DNA of 63,665 nt, the filler included, from Hyphochytrium catenoides (lineage: Eukaryota; Protista; Hyphochytriomycota): NCBI GenBank assembly GCA_900088475.1. It is 10 parts of 10 records of this genome, joined end to end, with 100 filler letters (N's around TTAATTAATTAA, not from the genome) between each part and the next. Parts side by side here need not be neighbours in the genome. Positions count along the whole stretch, not along the records: positions 47,053 to 49,918 come from FLMG01004595.1; positions 50,019 to 53,476 come from FLMG01002977.1; positions 53,577 to 57,567 come from FLMG01002624.1; positions 57,668 to 60,915 come from FLMG01002273.1; 6 more parts are not named here. The stretch is one strand, 5' to 3'. Shown in pieces: positions 47,053 to 60,908 of this stretch; the first letter of the stretch is position 1, and the number at the start of each line of letters is the position of its first letter. The position numbers and the translations under genes are program-made. The notes under the pieces were generated by a model. It saw only the letters and a list, made by a program, of their open reading frames with translations. It was not told where the DNA came from and searched no databases.

Positions 47053-49918
47053 CCAAGCGGGATGGAGCCGTCCCGCGTATTGAGCAAAAATTCTTGGGCT
47101 TGGACACAGATTGGTGTGTTGCAATCGTAGCCAGTATATCCCGTGTCCATAGGATCGCCATTAGGCTTTTTAAAGACCGGTAAGCCGGTTCCTTGTCGGT
47201 TGTCTCTGAAGGCGCTCGGTCTGGTCTTGCATGTGCACTGGTCCGGAGCTGTGCAATTGCCCCCGTTGTTGCAATCCTGCGCACAGAGAGGGATGGTGCA
47301 GGTAGGGCCCGTCCATCCCTTCTCACAGGTGCAAGTGTTAGGTAAGGTGCAGTTCCCACCATTTTGGCAGGGGTCAGCACAAGTAGGTATAGAGCAGTCC
47401 GGGCCCGTCCAGCCCTCTGTGCAGCTGCAAACGTTAGGAGCCACGCAAGTTCCGTTGTTATAGCAGCCGCGCAGAACATGGTCGACACAGCCCGGATCTA
47501 AATCTTCTAGCGGGTTGGTCCAGATCACCTCGGTATCGTCGTACCAAACCCTTGGCCGATAGGCGTCATCGGTGTCGCTCACGACAGGAAAACGGTCTGG
47601 AATGCCAGGGCAGACGCGCTTGAACTGCACAAGACATACCCCCTTTTGCCAGCTGTTTGAGGTTCGCTGCCAAACCCCGCCCCTCCGCCAACCCTCGTTC
47701 GTCCTGTCAAGCAGGGGGAGAGTCTTCCTGTAAGTTGGCGGCCAGTTCTTTCCTATCCAGTGCGTATAGAAGCGATCATCAGGCTGACGCTCTTTGTCCA
47801 TGTACCTAGAGTAATAGTTAGGGTGTTCAAACAAAAAGGCGGGAGAGCCATAGGGTCCAATGGTGTTCGGCTTCTCCCAGCGGGTTAGGGCTCGCTCAGA
47901 GCAGGAATAGCCTCCTTGCGGTGTGCCGTTAGGACCCAAATACCTCCCGCCTCCGAAGTCATATCTCTCCCGGTCCACCGAGCGGCTGGTGAGATATTCT
48001 CGCTGATAGCTAAAGGTGGGATTGGTAGTGGGTTGACTAGGGTGAGATCCGTCAGTAAATCGCGACTGAGACGGGACATAATAGCCCTGTTCACACACAG
48101 GAGTCCTGCAATCGAAGCCAACCCATCCCGGAGGACACTCGCAAACGTCTGGAGCTGTGCAGTTTCCTCCATTGGCACAAACGTAAACACCCTGTGTCAC
48201 GCGCATCTTTTGCACCAAAGCTATCTGCCGGTCAATGTCATAGGTAAATGGACCAGTGTGGTTGGGAGTCGGCGCGAGGATTGGTCTCCAGGGCGAGTTG
48301 ATCGAGAAGTTGAATAAAAGATTCCTAGAGTACCTCGCATAGTCTGTGGCCCTGCCTTCTGCGTCAATGTACGGGAAAGGAGAGAGCGCCCCGACTCTAA
48401 TCTCCATCAAAAGGCATTCCTTCCCTGGATCACTCCAGATGAACTCACCTTCCTCCTCGGCATAGTCACTCCAAGGTACAAGCTTCACCATGCCCATCCG
48501 CTGCTTACAGTCAAACTCTCCAGTGCTCTCGCACCACTCATCGAATTGACACGGCACATACGCGTCCCACTTCCTCGGCCTATTGGACGCAAACTTGTGC
48601 ACAGAAGGATCAGGAATGAAAGTGCCCTGTGTACAGATTGGGGTGCCGCAGTCGTGACCACTCCAGCCAATGGGGCAGCTGCAGGTATTAGGCGCGGTGC
48701 AGTAACCACCGTTCTTACAAGACTGCTTGCAGACAGGGATGCGACAGTCACTCCCTGTCCATAAGTCTGGGCATTGACACATATCCGGACCCATGCACCG
48801 TCCTCCGTGGCCGCAGGTAAAGGAACAGACTGGGGTGGTGCAGTTCGAGTCAAACCACCCTGGGCTGCAAGTGCATGTGTCTGGGGCGGTGCAGGAACCA
48901 TGCATACAATCTTGAACGCAGAGGGGCGTGTCACATGCACCCCCTCCATAGCCAGGGATACAGCCGCAGCGGTTGGGGCCTACACAGACCGAGCGAGCTG
49001 GGCACGGAGAGGAGCAGACTGGAGTTGTGCAGTCGTCTCCGGTCCAACCAGGTTGGCATTGGCAGGTCTCCACGGCAATGCAGCTGCCTCCGTTCTCGCA
49101 AGGCTTGCTGCAGACCGGTGAGACGGCGCGAATACGATGATTGTACGTGTCTGCCACGTAGACCGTCTCAGTGTCCGGCTTGTCTGATTGTAAATAGAGA
49201 GAAAGCCCATGTGGACGATTGAAGGCTGACTCTTGAGCGGGAATAGTGTCCAGAAAGCCGCAGCTACGCTCCAGCTTGGCAGCCGGCTTGCCCCCGATTG
49301 TCTGTAAAAGGAACAGATCAGTAGATGATAACGGAAACAGTTTGCTTAAGACGGAAACAGTTTGCTTAATTTTGAAGGAGAAATAGCGAGGTAAAGGGGC
49401 CAAGCTAGGCAAGAAGGAGAAGCAGCGGCCCTCACTTGAACTGTGGCTGCGGATAAGTGCAGGTCTTCCACTGAGAAGAGGCGTGTGGCTTCCAAGAGGT
49501 CCGTAATGGCTTGGGAAGTGATGCCGTTACGTACGGAGCCCATTGCGGAAGAAGTAGAGAGGTCAGTTAGCCCACGCTCCAGTACGACGGCCATAAGACC
49601 GCCTTCAGAGCCCATAATCCCAGCATGTATGGCGGCTTTACAGAGGCTCGAGCCCTCAGTGTACTTGCTATCTCCTTTCAGGGGCGCAGAGCTACTTCCG
49701 CAGTCCGCAGGACAGTTAAGGTACAGGCGAGTGCCATATCCTGTGTCTTCATCAATGAACTCTATGGGCTCGCCATTGCTGTCAACCATATCTACAGCCA
49801 GCGGCCTGACGTAGAATGAGGGGTCAGACCATCTCTCGGCGTGCTTACTCGTTCTTCTCACCCTTTTAGCAAGCGCGAAGGAGGGGCGGCCCCTGTGCAG
49901 TCCCAGACTGTCCTACCG
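47053..49918 (-). CDS. Large extracellular protein fragment: LCCL domain + NHL-like repeat + many EGF-like repeats
   Basis: LCCL motif YTEGSSLCKAAIHAG, NHL-like VYVADTYNHRIR and numerous CxNGGxCxAPxxCxCxxGWxGxxC repeats. Both ends are cut by linkers. Confidence 0.9.
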
Positions 49919-50018
49919 NNNNNNNNNNNNNNNNNNNNNNNNNNNNNNNNNNNNNNNNNNNNTTAATTAATTAANNNNNNNNNNNNNNNNNNNNNNNNNN
50001 NNNNNNNNNNNNNNNNNN

Positions 50019-52936
50019 ACGTAAGCCAAGCAGAAATTAGGCAGGGAGAGCTCTGAGTGGGCGTGGCTAGACGAGTAAAAGGCAGAAAGCCTGTACCCTC
50101 CGGCCAGTGAAGATGTAGTAGAGAAATCCTAGACAAACAGGGTTAATCGTAGAACTCAGTTTAGAGGAAGTGAATGGACGCAGACAAGAGAGCTAAAGAA
50201 GAGCTAACGAGCTAACCTCTAGAGCTCTTTGCTCGTCCGTTTGAATGGTCTGATCCGCCTCCTCCAGCTCTCCAACAAGAGCCATACAGAGCTCATCGTC
50301 TTTCAACTTGAACAGCGTCCAGAAGGAAGAGACAAACTCATCTATAAAGCAGCAAACGACAGCAGCGAGTGAGACCTTCTCTAAGCTTAAAGGAGCTATA
50401 CGGAGGATGCTTCCAGCAAAGTCTTGATGAGTCGAGGAAGCCATTCATGAGCAAACGGTAAAGCAGAGCGCTCTCTCTCCTCGCTCTTCCATCGTGTCTC
50501 TCTCCTACCCGTGGCAACTTTCTCTGTTTTCGAAGGGGACTCAAACACGCATCGCGGTCGCCGACTTTGCATGAGTGCACCGAGAGCTTCGGTCAAATCA
50601 GCGACCTTACGATGGAACAGGTCGGGATTAGATCAGGAAAGGCCCAAAACGAACGCAAAAAGAGAAAGGGTAGCGAGAAGCAAAGAGGGAGAGAGCTTGG
50701 CTGGGAATTAAAGGACAGAACAAAGACGAAGGATGGAGAAACGAGGAAAATGGATTGAAAGCAACAGACTAGCGCTGACCTGCGGTTCTCTTTCATTATA
50801 CACGTAAGATATGGGCACCATCAACCGGAAGACCGCATTGGTGGCCAGCAAAGAGCTGTTCAAAGTGTGGAAATAGGAAATCACGGTCTTTGCCTTGGAG
50901 ACAAGAGTAGAGCGAGCCTCTGGGCTTGAGAGAAGAGTGCCCAGCTCCTGTTCAAAGATGTTCTGAAGAAGGAACAGGGATGATGAGAAAAGAAAAGCGA
51001 TCCAACGCTAGCAGCACGAGGTAAGCAAAGAGGAATAGGAGCTTATAGACTAATTAGACAGAATAGAAAGGATAATCCTTATTAGCACCATTGAGCAAGA
51101 CTCAAACGGAAGCGTTTGGACCCAAATCATTCAAGCGTGGGCGCTTGAGGTAGGCAACAGGCCCGAAAAGCGAGAGAAAGTCCCAGATTTCCCCAGAGGA
51201 GGAACTCTTAAGCCAAAACATAGGGGCAACACGAAGAGTCTGAGAGTGAGATAGAGAGGCGGCCAGCGAGAGCCCACCTGGCAAGTGAGAGTGATGGTGA
51301 TATCTTCAGAGGAGATAGTGTCAACTCTTTTCCGCGCCATACGCAGATAGTCTGCCTTTATCAATGGCTTGGAGAGGTACATGGCCCAGACCTGAGAAGA
51401 GGGTGTTGCATCTCCACGGTCAGTAGTTGTCAACCAATCTTGCAGAATAAAGAGTAGAGATACCTTTAAAAAAAGAGAGAGGCTATAGAAAGAGAAGAGG
51501 AAGAGGTGTCCCAGGCAAAAGGTAAAGCTCAGTGACAGCATTGACGACTATTTGAAGGGAGTGACGGGGCACGGAGTATAAGGACAGAGTACGAGCTGCC
51601 AGCGAATATAGATTCAGGCATACGCTGAGAGACAGAGTGAGATGGGCAGCGAAGGAGCAAGACAAAAGACGATGAAAAAGCTGCGGGTCCGTAGAGAGAG
51701 ACTAGAAACGAAGAGCTTCAGAGGAGAGGGCGATGGAGACCTGAGGTCGCAGAGTCCGTGGCAGAGACGTATTCAGCAACAGTCGCAGCTGACTCTTCAG
51801 CTCCGGAGGAGAAACTTTAAGAAGTTCTCTGGTAGCCTCTCCCGCCTTCTCTACCAAGAGCTCGTTGGTCGTCTGTGTGTTATCCGCTTTCTCTCTGGCA
51901 GTTCTCACGGTCTCCACCAGCTTCTGCGCGAAGTAGAGAAGAGTTTGAGATTAGTACTATCTAGGTCCAAAAAGAGTAGGAGGAGAACCAGAGCAGTAGA
52001 ATCGATTCTTAGGGGAAAGCGAAGCCAATTCAACAGACAGGATCACACTTAGCGGCTCAATCAGTAAGGTAGCTACCGTGAAGGGACAGAACGAAGAGAA
52101 CCAGTCTAGCAGGGAAGCTAGTAAAGTCAGTGCTATCCGAGAAGAGTCACGCTTGCACCAAGACGACTAAGACTTAGGATAGTAACACAGGGGCAAAATG
52201 GGGCGCTAGGCTCTTTAAGAGGCAGTAGGCAGAGTGCGTCTCATGATAGCTCCACAGAGGCGGAGTTGGGGATCTCAGAGCAGTAGGACTAGACGGGCTA
52301 GACGGAGCTTGATGAGACAAGAACCAGATGGATTACTAGCATTTCATAGGAATAAAGGAAGAGCGGTCGACGCGCTCGGAGGATACCTCGTCAATAGTGT
52401 CGGTGAGTACTCGCAGGAAGCGGTGATAGAAAGCCTCCCCAAACATATCGCGCTCAATCTTATAGAGCAGGAAGGGGTAAGAGTCAGTCGCGAAGGCAGG
52501 GGCTTAAACTAGAGCTAAGAGGACTCAGTACTCCTCCGAAGGTGGCAATAAGAAGCAAGACAGATAGAGAAAGAGATTAACGGGGAAAGTGTATGTATGT
52601 ATATTGTGTGTCTGCAGTCTGCCTACTAACATCTTCTAACAGTGCCAGGCGCTCCAAACTGTTAAGATCCGAGAAGTATAGGACCCCTTGCTTCTTCATC
52701 CGCCTTTGCGCCTCGGAGTACACTTCTTTGGTCAATGCGTCCCACTCCGGTTGCTGCATCACTGCGATTCGAGTCTCCTGAACCCAGCTGGGCAGGGCCT
52801 GTGTCTTTTCTGCGGTTAGATCAGCCACGATGTGTGCTAGATCATACTCTTTTTGCTCGAGCTGGTGCTGGAGTGCCTTAGAAGCATGTAACACGCCAAC
52901 CAGCGAAGTCAGACCACCGTCTCCACTCTTACTCAT
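50019..52936 (-). CDS. Hypothetical multi-exon protein, possibly divergent TBC-like fold; 3' truncated
   Basis: ATG at 52936 with GT-AG exons. The LPRTLRPQ/VWAMYL segment resembles the TBC N-terminal 'LR..VW' motif. Confidence 0.55.
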
Positions 52937-53576
52937 CTTGACCTTCCGGTTTTTGGAGCTTCAATAGACCTTGTAGCTTATCGCGTCATACATATCCTCC
53001 ACTATCAAATGTCTAGCGCAGCCTTTTTCATTGATGTCCCATGGGTCCTTTGAACCGATCCACCCTGCTACCAACCGTGAACAGACCAGTGGATCCACCT
53101 CACAATAGAGGCAGAGTGACTCCCCTCTTTGATCTCCTTCTCTGTCAGACTAACGTCCGTGCTTCATTAGCGTGTTCCGCAAGCTTCTGGAGCTTTGAGA
53201 GCTTCTGGAGCTTTGCAGAGCTTTGCAGAGCTTTCTGCTGTTGGTGCCGCTTCGCGTCGGAACATAATCACATCACGCAAATCAGTTTCTCTGATAATCA
53301 CATATACACAAAGCCGAGTAATCAAGTGGTACGGGGCTAAAGAGCCAGAATGTGTTGGTCATAGCTAACACAAGCCTTCACATATTACCAATAAATATCC
53401 TTTGCGTCGTAGAAAAGAACCGCACCTGCAAGCAACTATTCCGTATTTTGGTTGTCGGTGGTTGCCAGTTTAGGACNNNNNNNNNNNNNNNNNNNNNNNN
53501 NNNNNNNNNNNNNNNNNNNNTTAATTAATTAANNNNNNNNNNNNNNNNNNNNNNNNNNNNNNNNNNNNNNNNNNNN

Positions 53577-54904
53577 AGAGAACCTCTAGGACAAAAGACT
53601 CTTTCTCCCTTACTTGGGCCTTCAGCTGAGACTCAGTCTGCAGCCTTTTGACTGACTCCTTGCGAGCCGCTTCCTACAGGCGGGACCCTCAGCACAACGT
53701 AGGGAAGAGAGGACGAGTGACAAGACTGGGACATAAAGCAAAGGCGACTGTCTGTTTGCGCGGGGTAAAGAGAGAGTGCGCCAGAATGAGGAGCCTGATG
53801 ACCAATAATGCCTGAGAGCAGAAGGAGTAGCGCAAGACAAGAAAGACCCTGCGATGCTCTCAAGTGCAGCTGCGTTCATCGTTGAAAAGAGAAGACACTA
53901 ACGGTTCGATAGTGGACATTACCTGCATCAACCTAATTTTCTGCTTCAGCTGAGTGATCTCTCCTTCAAGCCGCGCTACAGATTTCTCAACGGCGCCACG
54001 CATCCCCTCACGCCATTCACCATGCAGCTGATATCTACGACAAAGGCTCTGTTAGCTCTACCTCTCTCTTTCTCTCTGTCTTTCTCTCTCTCTCTGTTTC
54101 TCATCTCTCTCTCTCTCTCTCCCTGTCTCCCCGTCTCCCTGTCCCATCTCTCTGTCTCTCTCTCCTCTCATTTTCTTAAGTCGTTTCACCCATATTCGCC
54201 ATTTGCTGCTTCATATGTTGCACCTGCTGTGAAGATGTGGCAGCTTCTGCTGTCGTTTATCCTCCGGGGGTGGGCAGTGCTGCGGACACTGACAAAGGTC
54301 CCAGGCACATTGACCGAAGGACCGCTGTTTCTTTCCGCTTTGGAGCCCAAGTGCGGCCTCCTAAGACCACGGTTACCAATTTTAGGAGGATGAGGGGAGA
54401 GAGAGAAAAACATCAGAGAAGAGAGAGGGAGAGAGAGAGGATGAATAGCTTTGTGGGGACATAAACCAACCAATGTGAAGCGTAAAGAGACAGCCTACCT
54501 ACCTTCTTAAGCTCCTCGAGGGCGTCCACGGCTTCCTCTCTCTCCTTTCTCACTTTCTCCAGCTCTTCTTCCGTGCCCTTTAACTTCATCTCCAAGTCCT
54601 TCACCTGTAAGGCCAAGACCTTTGCTCCTGCTCCTTTCTCCCCTTGATCGCTTGTCTTGGAGTCATCCTTACTTCTCTCTAGCTGTCGATTTCTCTCTCT
54701 GACTCTCTCAAGATAAAGAACAAACTCCTCCCACGTAATAGTCCCGCTGTTATCTCCATCCATCCCTTCAAAGAGCTGAGATGAAGAGAGGGAAGTCCCA
54801 GGAGCAAACCCTAAAAGCTCGGCCAGGGTTTGCTTGGTACTTTCTCCTTCTTTGACAAATTGAAGGAAAGGAAAGGAAGAGAGAGGAAGAATAAAAGAGA
54901 GAGA

Positions 54905-54939
<35 letters not shown>

Positions 54940-54959
54940 NNNNNNNNNNNNNNNNNNNN

Positions 54960-54992
<33 letters not shown>

Positions 54993-57567
54993 AGAGCGAG
55001 AGAGAGAGAGAGAAAAAGAGAGAGAGAGAGAGAAAGAGGGGCAGAGGGGAAGAGAGGAAATACGTCATATCAGGATGAGATGAAGAAACAAAGGTGTCCT
55101 GACCACTAACAAAGACTACAAGGGCTAACAGACAGCGGCAAGTGATAGCGCTCGGATGACACTGTTAAGGATGGAATGGAGAAATGAAGAGCGGTGGAGA
55201 ACCGAACGGGTCGAAGGAGGACAAACGCTTGCAAGGCCGCCAAAGGATCAGAATAGTCTGTAAGGCAGCGCATAAAGAGAGACCTGCACCTTTTCCTTTC
55301 CCTTGCAGTGCTTCTTGAAGCTCCTGCTTGTCTACCCGATGGTTCCCATCTCTGTCGAGGGCATAGAAGAGCTGCTTCAGCGCGGTGACCAAAGCAAACT
55401 GCTCTCTTTTGCCCTCAGTATCCTTGCTTGTGGAAGAGGGAAGATAGATCAGGAGTACACGGAGCATGGGGGAGGCTTCTGCTTCATTCTCTACCCTTTC
55501 TTGCTGCAAAGGTATCGTCTCCTCAAACTCTGTCTCAGGAGCTTGCAAGAAGCGATGCAGGGCGATGGTGCCTGCTCCCAGTCTATTGTCTCCAAAGAGT
55601 TTGCTTTGCTCGTGAAGAGAGAGACGAAGCTGGAGTCCGTCCTCCTTTTCGTCTGCGTCTAAGGTCTCCAGAGCTCTCTCACTGTGTCCCTTCTCACTTC
55701 CTTTTTGTTTCTTTCTCTTCAGGACGTCTGTGCTTATGGGAAGGAGCACTTGTTCGTTCCATTCACAGCTGTCTCCCAAGCACTGAGTCACCTTGGACGG
55801 AGCGAATGACCCGTCAAAAAGCAAAGAAGCTTTAGCAGAGAGCAGCCTTGAAGTGGAGGAAGAAGGTGTTGAGAACGAGAGAAAAGAGTGCTTTTTATTC
55901 TCTTGGATCCCGCTGGCGCTCAAGAAAGTTATGCGAAGCTTCCCTGTCACATGAGGGATATACTGAGACGTCAGGGTTAGACGAGGAAGACAGCTGCCCT
56001 TTTCCTCTCTCCCGTTGTCGTTGGCAGAAGTGGAAGACCGAATGATTGCTTCTGTTTCTACACGTGCCAGAGGGAGCGCTGTCATCCCATAGAGGCTGAG
56101 AGCGAAGCTTGCCAGGTGGTCTATCTCCTCCCACCCGAGCAACCCTTTCCTCATGGTCTTCACCTCAAAATGAAGAAACAGCCCTCGCTCTCTCCCGTTG
56201 TCCTCCAATCGTCCCCTCCCTCCTTCCTTATCATTGGACAGAAGTCTGTCTAGGTGTACGACGATGGATCCCTGGAGAGGTGGAGAGACGCTGAGTTCTA
56301 GTTCATAACCTCTCACCTCAGTGTCCCTGTTACCGCTTCTCGCTTGCCCCTCGCTTCATCTGTGGCTCCCTTGCAAGCGTTAACATAACCTTTTCCAGTC
56401 AATCTCTTGCTTTCTAACCTCATCCCCTCGCTGAGTCAACCTCTCCGTTCTGCCTTTGTCATCTCCGCTCTCTCTCCTCCCCTTTTCCGTAAGGGTCCTT
56501 ACCGGCCATTCTGCTCGGTCATTCCCTACGACAATACTAGTGTTTAAGGTCCAACCGGTGGAGACTGGGATATCTTGCTCTTCTCCCTCAGCCTCCTTCT
56601 TAACGGCGATTGAGGCTCTGAAGCCCTGGACCGCGGAATCGACTGCTCCGGTAGGAACTGTAAGTCTCAAGGGGCCGAGGAGGATGTGACCCTTGCCCTG
56701 ATGGTTCTCAGTAAGGAAGGAAGTGGCGGAAACCCCTGGAGAGCCGCGCCGGAGGGAGAGCTGAAAGGGAAAGTTACGAAAGGGAAAAAAGGCAGAAGAA
56801 GGTGAGCACCTACAGTTGGCTGTTGGGCGGCGTGCTCACCTCGATCTCTCCCGCCTTCTCTTTGCCCTTGTCGTCCGAGAGCATGAACCATTTTCTCCAC
56901 TCTTTCTCACGGTCTGTTCGGATGACCATCACGTCCAACGGAACTTGGAGGGTCAGAGACCCGATGATCGACCCAGAACCAAGGATGTCGCTGTTCTTCA
57001 CTGTTATCTGGCCATAGGGAAAGACAGCGGTCAATAGGAGTATAACAGAGGCCTAATCTTAAAGCCAGGAGAACGAGTAAAGAAAAGGTGTAGCTTCCAG
57101 TTAGAGAGCAAGAGATGACAAAGAGACAGGCTGAGGGCAGCTGCCACATCAAGCGGCCTCTCTTAATATGAGGCTCCACAAGCATAGTAGAGCTTAGATC
57201 AAAAAGAGAACCAGAGCTAGACTAAATCGTACAAGCTCTCTTTTGAGAAAAGCTCGTCATCGTCTCAGACATGGGAAGTAAGAATGAACAAGAGAGGAGA
57301 CGAGGTCATGTGAGAGACCAAGCACCTCACGATCTACCTTATATGTCGGCAGCGGTGGCCTTTCCCTCTCCGTATAACCGCTGCAGCGCTCAGCATGCCA
57401 CTCGTCTGGAAGAGGCAACAGGAGCTCTTCCTCCTGCCAGTAAGGATCGGAACCGCCGTCTATGCAGCTGCGTGAACGGACTACTGCCTGTTCCTCTCTC
57501 CCTTCTCCTCTCATCTTGTCCTGTCTTTCAACCTCTACATATGGGTCCTGCTTGCCCAACCACTGCG
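53577..57567 (-). CDS. C2-domain + EF-hand + coiled-coil protein fragment
   Basis: C2 motifs GKQDPYVEV...DGGSDPYW and LGAGTIAL, EF-hands DRDGNHRVDKQE and DGDNSGTITWEE, then coiled-coil exons. Confidence 0.8.
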
Positions 57568-57986
57568 NNNNNNNNNNNNNNNNNNNNNNNNNNNNNNNNN
57601 NNNNNNNNNNNTTAATTAATTAANNNNNNNNNNNNNNNNNNNNNNNNNNNNNNNNNNNNNNNNNNNNTCGTCGGACCTCTTCATTGCCGGAGATCGTCTG
57701 TGTCCTTGCCTTCGTTTTCTTGTCTCTGTCGTTGCTGTCCAAGATTGTTCTCTCTCTCTCTCTCTCTCCCTGCTCTCTCTCACTCTCTTTTGACATCGTG
57801 GTCTGCTTCTACCTTGCTTCCCAACTTTCTCGGGCTCTGCTTCTGTCTCTCTTTTTCCTCTCTTTCTTTTCTCTCTCTCTCTCCCTCTCTCTCTGTGTCT
57901 CTCTTCCCTTTCTTCCTCACTTCTCGCTCTCTCTCTCTTCCCCTTTTCCCTGACGTCTCTCTCTCGCTCTCTCTCTCGCTCTCTCG

Positions 57987-58040
<54 letters not shown>

Positions 58041-58533
58041 TTTACCCTCCCAAAGTCTCTCCGACACTGTGCCGCTCTCTCAAGGTTCTCTTTATCGTTA
58101 TCTCTAGCCTCTGTTTCTCATTTTTACCTGACTACACTATCTAAATCTAGATCTCTCTCCCTTTCGTCATATCTATCTTCCTGCTCTGTCTCGTTCCTTT
58201 CTTTATTACTGAATGAGACCTGCTTGGCCTGAAAGATTCTGTCGGTGAAACTTTCAAGGGAAACGAAGTGAAGGATTCTGGGCCACCAGCAGCAGAGGGA
58301 GCGCCACACAAACCCACAGCCCTCACACAATCATACCCTATATCAAATGGCAGTTTGGGTTAGTGGAATGCGTTTAAATATTAGGTTTAGGCGTATGGGA
58401 AGGACTTATGAGAGCAATGTGTTTGATAATATGTCGCTCTGTGTTTGAGGCTTCACACACCTTAGGTCTAAGAGCCTGTGGCAGGCGCACCAGCGCGATC
58501 CATCAATTCTCTTTCCTTTCTCTCTGAGATGAG

Positions 58534-58575
<42 letters not shown>

Positions 58576-58738
58576 TTTCTCTCTTCTTCCCGTCTCGTTC
58601 CCGTCCCGGTTGCCGCTTGTGTTGAGAGCGCCGTATCTTCTCATCCTTGTGGCAGAGATTCATTGTACTGTTGCTCAGATCTGTTGACACCTCATCATCG
58701 GCAGAGCCCTATCTCTCCATCCTCCTTACACAGATACA

Positions 58739-59338
58739 ATGGCTTCCCTTACTCTCGACCCACGCTTCGAAGTTGCCCAGACCGGCATCTTCTCCGTCGT
58801 TGTCCCCAAGGGCGTCAACCCTACCAAGAACCTGAAGCTCGCCGCTCCAGCCGCCAAGGCCGCTGCTCCTGCTAAGAAGGAAGCACCAAAGCCTAAGGAG
58901 GTAGAGCAGAAGAAGAAGAAGGAGGAGGAAGAGGAGGAAGACGTCGACGAGGACGATCTCTTCGGCGACGACGACGATGAGCCTGATGAGGCAGCAGCAG
59001 CCGCTGCCAAGAAGGCTGCTGAGGCCCGCGCTGCAGCTGCTAAGAAGGCACAGAAGCCAAAGCCTGTTGAGCGCTCTCAGCTGGTTCTAGAGATCAAGCC
59101 GTGGGAGGCAGAGACTGATCTGGAAGAGCTTGCCCAGAAGATCAGAGCTGTAGATATTGACGGGCTTAACTGGGGAGAGGCTCACAAGCTGGTGCCTGTT
59201 GCCTTTGGCATTAAGAAGCTCATCATGACCTGCGTTATCGTGGATGAGAAGGTGGGACTGGACGATGTGACCGACGCCATTGAACAGTTCGAAGACTATG
59301 TACAGAGCGTAGACCTCGCCAGTATGAACAAGGTCTAA
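58739..59338 (+). CDS. EEF1B: Translation elongation factor 1B (beta/delta) subunit
   Basis: Acidic DEDDLFGDDD linker and GEF domain RSQLVLEIKPWEAETDL...WGEAHKLVPVAFGIKKL...EDYVQSVDLASMNKV. Confidence 0.95.
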   Translation: MASLTLDPRFEVAQTGIFSVVVPKGVNPTKNLKLAAPAAKAAAPAKKEAPKPKEVEQKKKKEEEEEEDVDEDDLFGDDDDEPDEAAAAAAKKAAEARAAAAKKAQKPKPVERSQLVLEIKPWEAETDLEELAQKIRAVDIDGLNWGEAHKLVPVAFGIKKLIMTCVIVDEKVGLDDVTDAIEQFEDYVQSVDLASMNKV

Positions 59339-60337
59339 AAGAAAGCAGAGAAAATAGTCACTCTCTCTGTGCTTCTTGCTTCTCTATCCATCTCGCTCCT
59401 CTCTTCCCTTCCTCCTGTCACATCGTTGGCCGTTTTCGGGAACTACTCCCTCGGAACAATAGCTGCTGAGAAAAGTGAGGAGAGCAGATTAGGAAGGAGG
59501 TGGAGGTTCGTTAGCTAACATAATATTAGGTGGTCTCCCAAGGCCGATCATTCCCTCTCGATGGCCTTCGTTACCTTATAAGTACAATCTTTCCTTATCA
59601 TCTCAGCTACAGGGTAAACATGGATCGAGGGAGTGCGCGCAGAGGAGATGGAGGATTGTAGAGGAAAGGAAAAGGAGAGAGCCAGAAGAGAGGATGGGCA
59701 GTAGCGTAGAAGAGAGGGAAGGGAATAGATGGAGAAGAACAATGGACAGTAGAGCAGGAGGAAGATGGAAGCTCCGCAGAGGCTGCCGCCCGAGAAAATA
59801 GCTGAGAGAGCGCTAAGGACAATGAGACGGATATAGGGTCGCAAAGCGACTTACTCTGGAAGCATCCAACGGTTCGTCCTGAATCTAACTTAGAAGGTTT
59901 CTGGTGTATGGAAACAGGGTCCCTTCAGAAGCTTTGCCTAATATGCTGATTACAGTAAAGCGACATTGTTAGGTCCTGGAAACACCACAAAAATCACTTG
60001 AAGAACCATTCTCAAAGCTTTTTCTGCAGATGCCGCAGAGCTGCAGCTTTTCTCTTCTTTTGGAAAGCACAATGTCTTCTCTCCCTCTCTTCCTTTCTTT
60101 CTCTCTCTCATCTCTCTCTCTCTCTCTCTCGTGCGCGCTCGCTCTCATTCCCACTGTTTCTCTGGAGCGCCCTCGCTCTCTGTCTCTGTGCCTCTAAGCC
60201 CACCTTCCCTCCTCTCTTGGGGCGAGAGGCAGAGATAACAGTTGTCTCCTCCTTTCAAAAAGGGACTCCTTTCTCTCTCTCCCTCTCCTGCAGAAGTCAA
60301 CTCCCGTGCTATGGTAGGGTCATAGGGCCAGAGGATC

Positions 60338-60550
60338 ATGGCCAACGAAGGAATGATGGCTGTCCCTTCCTCTGGCTCTACCGTTGTCTCCTCTCTCTCC
60401 TCTCCGGCACTCTCGCCCTCGGTCATGTCATCGTCTCTCTCCTCGTCCATTACCTTCCGAAGCTTGGACAGCGGCATCTCTCTCTGGCAGGTCGTTGTGG
60501 GTCTGCTCGTCATCGCGGTGGACATCATGCTGCTTGGCAGCTATACCCAG
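60338..60550 (+). CDS. Probable first coding exon of a membrane protein (truncated)
   Basis: ATG, a Ser-rich stretch and hydrophobic LWQVVVGLLVIAVDIMLLG, then a CAG|GTGAG donor followed by a CT-rich intron. Confidence 0.4.
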
Positions 60551-60853
60551 GTGAGCAGAGTACTCTGCGGCTTGGAGACTTGCGGCTTGGAGAAGGGGTC
60601 TCTTTCCCTTCATCCTTCTCTTTGTCTCTGCTACCTCTCCTTTTTGACTCTCTGATGACCGGCGTCGGCTAGTAGATCCTTGTCTCTCGCTTTCTCTCCC
60701 CCCTCTCTCCGTCTTATTCTGTCTTTCTCTCTCTTTGTCTCTCTCTCTGCCATGCTCGCTTTCGCTGTTCCTCCTGCTCACTCACTCTCTCTTTCTCTTC
60801 CTGTACCTTCAGTCTCACATCTCTCTTGTGTCATACTCTCTCTCCGTTTCGTT

Positions 60854-60908
<55 letters not shown>

